DNA of 28,512 nucleotides from a virus (taxonomy: Duplodnaviria; Heunggongvirae; Uroviricota; Caudoviricetes), in IMG/VR virus record IMGVR_UViG_3300043436_002205. One strand, written 5' to 3'. The notes beneath the pieces were generated by a model. It was not told the DNA's origin and did not search any database. It saw only the letters and a list, made by a program, of their open reading frames with translations. Both the position numbers and the translations under genes were made by a program. Position 1 is the first letter of the stretch; each line of letters begins with the position of its first letter. Shown in pieces: positions 24,339 to 28,512 of this stretch.

Positions 24339-24426
24339 GGATCGTGGGCAGGACGGTAATGCAGCAGATTGCTAATCTGTAGAACGAGCAATCGTTCACT
24401 GGGTTCGACTCCCAGACGGTCCGCCA
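24339..24426 (+). tRNA. tRNA-Ser(GCT)
   Basis: GCAGA-TTGCTAA-TCTGT, long variable arm, G73. Confidence 0.9.
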
Positions 24427-24430
24427 ATAC

Positions 24431-24519
24431 GGGTGGTAATCCTAGTTGGGACTAGGGCTCGCCTGGAAAGCGATGCGCAGGCGCAAGTCTGTCAGATTCG
24501 ATTTCTGTGCCACCCGCCA
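24431..24519 (+). tRNA. tRNA-Ser(GGA)
   Basis: CTGGAAA loop, long variable arm, G73. Confidence 0.85.
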
Positions 24520-24531
24520 AAAAAATAATGG

Positions 24532-24560
24532 TTGACATTCACATAGAATCAGTTTATATT
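24532..24560 (+). promoter_or_regulatory. sigma70 promoter with spacer GAATCAG
   Basis: TTGACA-N17-TATATT. Confidence 0.85.
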
Positions 24561-24591
24561 GATAATGTAAGTAACGAAAGGAAACAACGTT

Positions 24592-24756
24592 ATGCTTTAC
24601 ATTCGTGATATCATGGAGCTTCTTCAAGTTGATAAAGAAGTCGCGACTAAAGTGTTTGCTTGGATGGATCTTGACCTGAGCGAATGCACTAGGGAAGATT
24701 TCGATGCTGATGCACGTTATGTGTATGCCCAAATTAAAAATGGTACATACAAATAA
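24592..24756 (+). CDS. Hypothetical early protein, 54 aa
   Basis: MLYIRDIMELLQVDKEVATKVFAWMDLDLSEC...; promoter 24532 and AAGGA RBS. Confidence 0.7.
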   Translation: MLYIRDIMELLQVDKEVATKVFAWMDLDLSECTREDFDADARYVYAQIKNGTYK

Positions 24757-24759
24757 CTA

Positions 24760-24788
24760 TTGACATTCATGTCGAATCAGTGTATTCT
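24760..24788 (+). promoter_or_regulatory. sigma70 promoter with spacer GAATCAG
   Basis: TTGACA-N17-TATTCT. Confidence 0.85.
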
Positions 24789-24814
24789 AATAATGTAAGG
24801 AACGAAAGGAAACC

Positions 24815-25015
24815 TTGATGAATATCGCTAGCTCCAAACTTGCTGAGATTGCCTACGGTATGTCCGAGATGGCTCGCACTCACAAGAACGACGTGATTGC
24901 AAACAACCTCGCTCGCGTTTCGGAAAAGGTCGCCGTCCAAGGTGCAAACTGGGCAGGTAAACCGCTCGATGAAACTGATATGATGTTGGTTCGTTACTAC
25001 CTCGCTAACAAATAA
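24815..25015 (+). CDS. Hypothetical early protein
   Basis: Promoter 24760 and AAGGA RBS. Confidence 0.7.
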   Translation: MMNIASSKLAEIAYGMSEMARTHKNDVIANNLARVSEKVAVQGANWAGKPLDETDMMLVRYYLANK

Positions 25016-25018
25016 TAG

Positions 25019-25047
25019 TTGACATTTCTGTCGAATCAGTGTAGATT
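25019..25047 (+). promoter_or_regulatory. sigma70 promoter with spacer GAATCAG
   Basis: TTGACA-N17-TAGATT. Confidence 0.8.
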
Positions 25048-25073
25048 GAGAATATACAGAAGAGGAACTGATC

Positions 25074-25472
25074 ATGTATACCTTCGATGAAACGATCGTC
25101 TCCGACCTCCACAAGGATGCTTACGGCTATCGCCCAGATGCATACTTCTGGGAAGAGTGGACTCAGTGCGGCGACGACACTCGTCAAGCCATGTGGGATA
25201 ACCTGCTTGTAGAACTTGAGCAAGCGCGTGAGCGGGAAGCTCAAGAACAGATCGCTGCGATCAATGCTTTCGAGCTTGAGATTGCAAACGCTCTTGATGT
25301 TGGTGCTCGTTCGCGTGAAGACGCAGTTCGTTGGATCGTCCAAGGTTTGGAGCTTAGCGATATCGACATGATGTACGGTGGCAGCTACATCTGCTTCCTT
25401 AAGGGTCTGCCTTATCGCATGGCAGCAATGTTTGACAACGCGATCAACTTCTTTCGTGCTGAAGTTGTATAA
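25074..25472 (+). CDS. Hypothetical early protein
   Basis: SDLHKDAYGYRP motif; promoter 25019 and GAGG RBS. Confidence 0.75.
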   Translation: MYTFDETIVSDLHKDAYGYRPDAYFWEEWTQCGDDTRQAMWDNLLVELEQAREREAQEQIAAINAFELEIANALDVGARSREDAVRWIVQGLELSDIDMMYGGSYICFLKGLPYRMAAMFDNAINFFRAEVV

Positions 25473-25490
25473 ATAGTATTGTAACGAGTG

Positions 25491-25580
25491 CTCTGTTTCC
25501 CGCTATATCCCGTAAATGAGGGTCGGCCACCCAAACTTTACTGAAACACGCAATGCGCTGGGGTATAGCGGAAAACAGAG
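25491..25580 (+). ncRNA. Long-stem ncRNA C
   Basis: CTCTGTTTCCCGCTATATCC / GGGTATAGCGGAAAACAGAG, 20 bp with one mismatch; after late promoter 25468. Confidence 0.6.
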
Positions 25581-25585
25581 ATAGT

Positions 25586-25661
25586 TTCCTGATAGCTCAG
25601 TTGGTAGAGCGTCTGACTGTTAATCAGAATGTCCCAGGTTCGAGCCCTGGTCAGGGAGCCA
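25586..25661 (+). tRNA. tRNA-Asn(GTT)
   Basis: Canonical cloverleaf, CTGTTAA loop, G73. Confidence 0.95.
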
Positions 25662-25669
25662 AAATTTAT

Positions 25670-25744
25670 ATCGGTGTAGCTCAATGGTAGAGCGGAGGTC
25701 TCCAAAACCTCGCGCAGTGGGTTCGATTCCTACCACCGGTGCCA
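25670..25744 (+). tRNA. tRNA-Trp(CCA)
   Basis: GAGGT-CTCCAAA-ACCTC, G73. Confidence 0.9.
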
Positions 25745-25750
25745 ATATAT

Positions 25751-25827
25751 CCGAGTATAGCTCAGTTTGGTAGAGCGCTTGCTTTGGGAGCAAGATGTCG
25801 TGGGTTCAAATCCTGCTACTCGGACCA
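25751..25827 (+). tRNA. tRNA-Pro(TGG)
   Basis: CTTGC-TTTGGGA-GCAAG, CCA. Confidence 0.95.
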
Positions 25828-25833
25828 AAATTT

Positions 25834-25898
25834 AGGATCGGTTCAGCAAACAAAAACGCTAAATCGTATTGGATGTCTTAGCGGACAAAACGATCCTG
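25834..25898 (+). ncRNA. Y-RNA-like element 6, near-copy of 23293-23357
   Basis: Same stems; differences are almost confined to the hairpin loop. Confidence 0.7.
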
Positions 25899-25906
25899 TT
25901 AAATAT

Positions 25907-25984
25907 GGTCCTATAGCTCAGCTTGGTTAGAGCGCGAGTCTCTAAAACTCACGGCCGCGGGTTCAAATCCCGCTTGGACCACCA
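25907..25984 (+). tRNA. Amber suppressor tRNA (CTA)
   Basis: CGAGT-CTCTAAA-ACTCA; canonical D and T arms; A73-CCA. Confidence 0.85.
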
Positions 25985-26142
25985 CGAATCCGACTTTGTA
26001 AGAAATGGCATAAGAGTAACCGAGACAACTTATGTACCGCTTACATTAACTAGCGCTGTATATGCTGGCAAAGCCGATAAAAACCTTCTCAGGTCGTGCA
26101 TATGTTAGAGCCGGATAACTATATTAAGGAAAGTGTAAATAA

Positions 26143-26769
26143 ATGTCGTATCTAAATCACAACCTACCAGATTGGCCTTGCTACATTCGCAATGAGTTTT
26201 TGTACAATCACACAAAAGGACATGGCGAAGTTTCCAAATGTAATGTTCACTCAGTCGCAAGCATGGAGAAAAGAACGCCATTATTTGAATGCTTTTTAGA
26301 AAATGGTGTAAACTGGACTCGTAGACCTCTGCACGCGCTTTGTTGGGATCCGGAAGCAGAAATAGAACCACTAAATCAAATCATGTATTGGGATTGTTTT
26401 TCCACGTACATTGACGTTCAACGTAGACATCGCTTGGCTGGGTTAAGCGCTGAACTAATTCGTCCTGATAATACAAAAGTACGTGGTGATTACATGTTCA
26501 CTCTTGATTGGGGCTTTGAAAACAAAGCAATGGCCGATTTTAACTTTGCAGAAACACCTGAGCATAAGTGTGCTCATCTGTTCAAAGTAGAAACTGGAAA
26601 TTACTACGCTTATCCAAATAATAGAATTATATGGTATGATAGCGCATTTACATCTAATCGTATCTCAGCCAATCCCGGGTATGAAATTGATATGACTTGT
26701 TATTCAGTAGAGAATAAGAGAACTTTTGAGACCTCTGACCATTACATTTACAACATTACAGAAAGTTAA
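26143..26769 (+). CDS. Hypothetical protein
   Basis: 208-aa ORF with AAGGA RBS; YMFTLDW, EHKCAH, YPNNRI motifs. Confidence 0.75.
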   Translation: MSYLNHNLPDWPCYIRNEFLYNHTKGHGEVSKCNVHSVASMEKRTPLFECFLENGVNWTRRPLHALCWDPEAEIEPLNQIMYWDCFSTYIDVQRRHRLAGLSAELIRPDNTKVRGDYMFTLDWGFENKAMADFNFAETPEHKCAHLFKVETGNYYAYPNNRIIWYDSAFTSNRISANPGYEIDMTCYSVENKRTFETSDHYIYNITES

Positions 26770-26785
26770 TAAAGGAGAAATACAA

Positions 26786-26824
26786 ATGAAGAGATATCAC
26801 TTGTAGATTACTAGACCGCCCTAA
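26786..26824 (+). CDS. Amber-interrupted uORF MKRYHL*ITRPP*
   Basis: AAAGGAG RBS; in-frame TAG at 26804, then ATT ACT AGA CCG CCC TAA. Confidence 0.5.
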
Positions 26825-26877
26825 ATTGGGGCATACATCATGAAGTAAAAATGAAACCCAATTTAGGAGAACTAACA

Positions 26878-27339
26878 ATGTCTATAGAACTTAAAATTAA
26901 ATCTAAACACCTTTCAGAAGAAGCTCGTATCATTCGTTTTGAAGAACGTAAGTTACTCAAACAGTATCAGTGGTCTCTAAACAAATACAGAGAAGCTGGA
27001 CACAACGACATCTATCCACGTTGGCATGATAAAGCATTTAACGAATACAAATCTATCAGCCAACACCGCAAATGGGAAGTGCGTAACGAGAACCGTGCTA
27101 CCTTCCTTGCTCGTGCTTATCTCACTGGCAAACCATATAAGTCTGTTGAGAATAAGTGCAATGATACATCTGTGCTTCGTACTCGCATCCTTCCTCGTGT
27201 TTGTGAGATGGTTAATAAGTATGGCCCAGTTGCTGATAAGCTGAGTAAGAAGTGGAACAGAGAGCGTATGCGTTATGAGTATGATGCAGAACCTTGGAAA
27301 GCTCACTGTGATAAAGTAAAGGCTTGGACTGAAAGTTGA
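26878..27339 (+). CDS. Hypothetical basic protein
   Basis: AGGAG RBS before ATG 26878; LKIKSKHLSEEARIIRFEE, RATFLARAYL.GKPY..VE. Confidence 0.75.
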   Translation: MSIELKIKSKHLSEEARIIRFEERKLLKQYQWSLNKYREAGHNDIYPRWHDKAFNEYKSISQHRKWEVRNENRATFLARAYLTGKPYKSVENKCNDTSVLRTRILPRVCEMVNKYGPVADKLSKKWNRERMRYEYDAEPWKAHCDKVKAWTES

Positions 27340-27352
27340 TATAAATACTATT

Positions 27353-27436
27353 TGGATGGATACTGCAACCAATCTGCGGGGTAACAACCGCTATCATATG
27401 GTTAGATAGTATCGACGAGGTCCACAGACCATCCAG
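27353..27436 (+). ncRNA. Y-RNA-like element 7 (divergent)
   Basis: TGGATGG/CCATCCA-G stem with ATACTGCAA; starts just after TATAAATA at 27340. Confidence 0.5.
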
Positions 27437-27562
27437 TTTTTAATTTGTGGATAGTAAGCGATAACGAAGCTAACCCATCGAAATGTAAGATGAAGGCCTG
27501 GCGTATTAGCCGGCGAAACATGACAGCTCGGAGAGACGAGTACTTAATTAAAAGGTATATTA

Positions 27563-28312
27563 ATGAGTGAAGAGTATTTAGATAATTCAAAAAAGTTTTT
27601 CGATGAAACTTCAATAGAAGTTTGGAAAAATATATTATCTAAAGAAACACAAATGCATTATGCGTTTGGCGAGTCAATATTAAATAATAGAAAAATTTTT
27701 GAAAATGTAGCTACGGTTCTAGATGTTGGCTGTGGGTGGGGTGGCTCGCTACATCGTATTAAGTCAATATCTCCAAATGCTCACATAACAGGTTTAACCG
27801 AATCAAAACAGCAGGCAGAATACATTGGAGACGAATTCAATGTTATTCTTGCAAACGCTAATGAATACACTACAAATTCTAAATACGAAATCGTATCATT
27901 CATTCAAAGTATTACACATATGAAAGATACGGCGTTTTCAAACTTGGCAAAAACTACTGATAGAATTTTCATAAATGATTTTGTACAAACAAATAAAAGT
28001 GACTTTTATTTAAATGAAAACTGGGTTATGAAAATTAGAACAATAGATAATTGGAAAAATATGTTCAATGAAAATGGATTTGAAATTAAATCATTTAACA
28101 TTTTGCCGTTACAAGAATACAAAAAGAATTCTGCATTTTGGTTAGATAATATAGTAAAGCATAACTATAGTAATATTACATGGCAGATATCAGTTTTAGA
28201 AAAACTTTGTAGAGCTTTTTTGAATAAAGAAATAACGAATACAGAACATTTACATCCGTATGAATCTGATGTATTTTTAGTAGATATCTATGCAGAAAGA
28301 AATAACGGATAA
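27563..28312 (+). CDS. Class I SAM-dependent methyltransferase, AT-rich
   Basis: VLDVGCGWGG, ITGLTES..Q. Confidence 0.8.
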   Translation: MSEEYLDNSKKFFDETSIEVWKNILSKETQMHYAFGESILNNRKIFENVATVLDVGCGWGGSLHRIKSISPNAHITGLTESKQQAEYIGDEFNVILANANEYTTNSKYEIVSFIQSITHMKDTAFSNLAKTTDRIFINDFVQTNKSDFYLNENWVMKIRTIDNWKNMFNENGFEIKSFNILPLQEYKKNSAFWLDNIVKHNYSNITWQISVLEKLCRAFLNKEITNTEHLHPYESDVFLVDIYAERNNG

Positions 28313-28322
28313 ATAATTTAAT

Positions 28323-28395
28323 GCGGGTGAGGCTAAGGTAGCCAACTAGCCTTCCAAGCTATAGGAGACCGGTTCGATTCCGGCCACCCGCTCCA
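28323..28395 (+). tRNA. tRNA-Gly(TCC)
   Basis: CTTCCAA loop, GCGGGTG acceptor, U73. Confidence 0.9.
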
Positions 28396-28402
28396 AGAAT
28401 TT

Positions 28403-28478
<76 letters not shown>

Positions 28479-28512
28479 TTTTATTATAGGAGAAAATGAA
28501 TGGCTTATTGGG

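Overview
Segment of a large T4-like (Tevenvirinae-type gene set) myophage genome; the promoter motif suggests an alphaproteobacterial host (inference). The left part (minus strand) is the core recombination/late module: gp46 (partial), gp47, gp55, uvsW, uvsY, a thermonuclease-like gene and gp3. The plus strand carries a HAD phosphomannomutase-like gene, a cytidylyltransferase, a minimal TilS, two 326-aa glycine-rich paralogues, a TROVE/Ro60-like DUF2828-vWA protein, type II topoisomerase (fused gp39/60 plus gp52) and two large tRNA arrays (about 31 tRNA genes, including a CUA amber suppressor) interleaved with many non-coding structured RNAs. Most striking: each tRNA array is preceded by an unannotated leader-peptide attenuator (uORF, antiterminator, intrinsic terminator) whose codons match the tRNA set of that array, i.e. 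a probable tRNA-depletion sensor. Also present are a family of seven Y-RNA-like elements around the Ro60-like gene, ten sigma70 promoters with a fixed-position GAATC (CcrM/GcrA-type) site, boxA plus long-stem ncRNA cassettes, and an amber-interrupted uORF. All family assignments come from motif recognition by eye, not from database searches.
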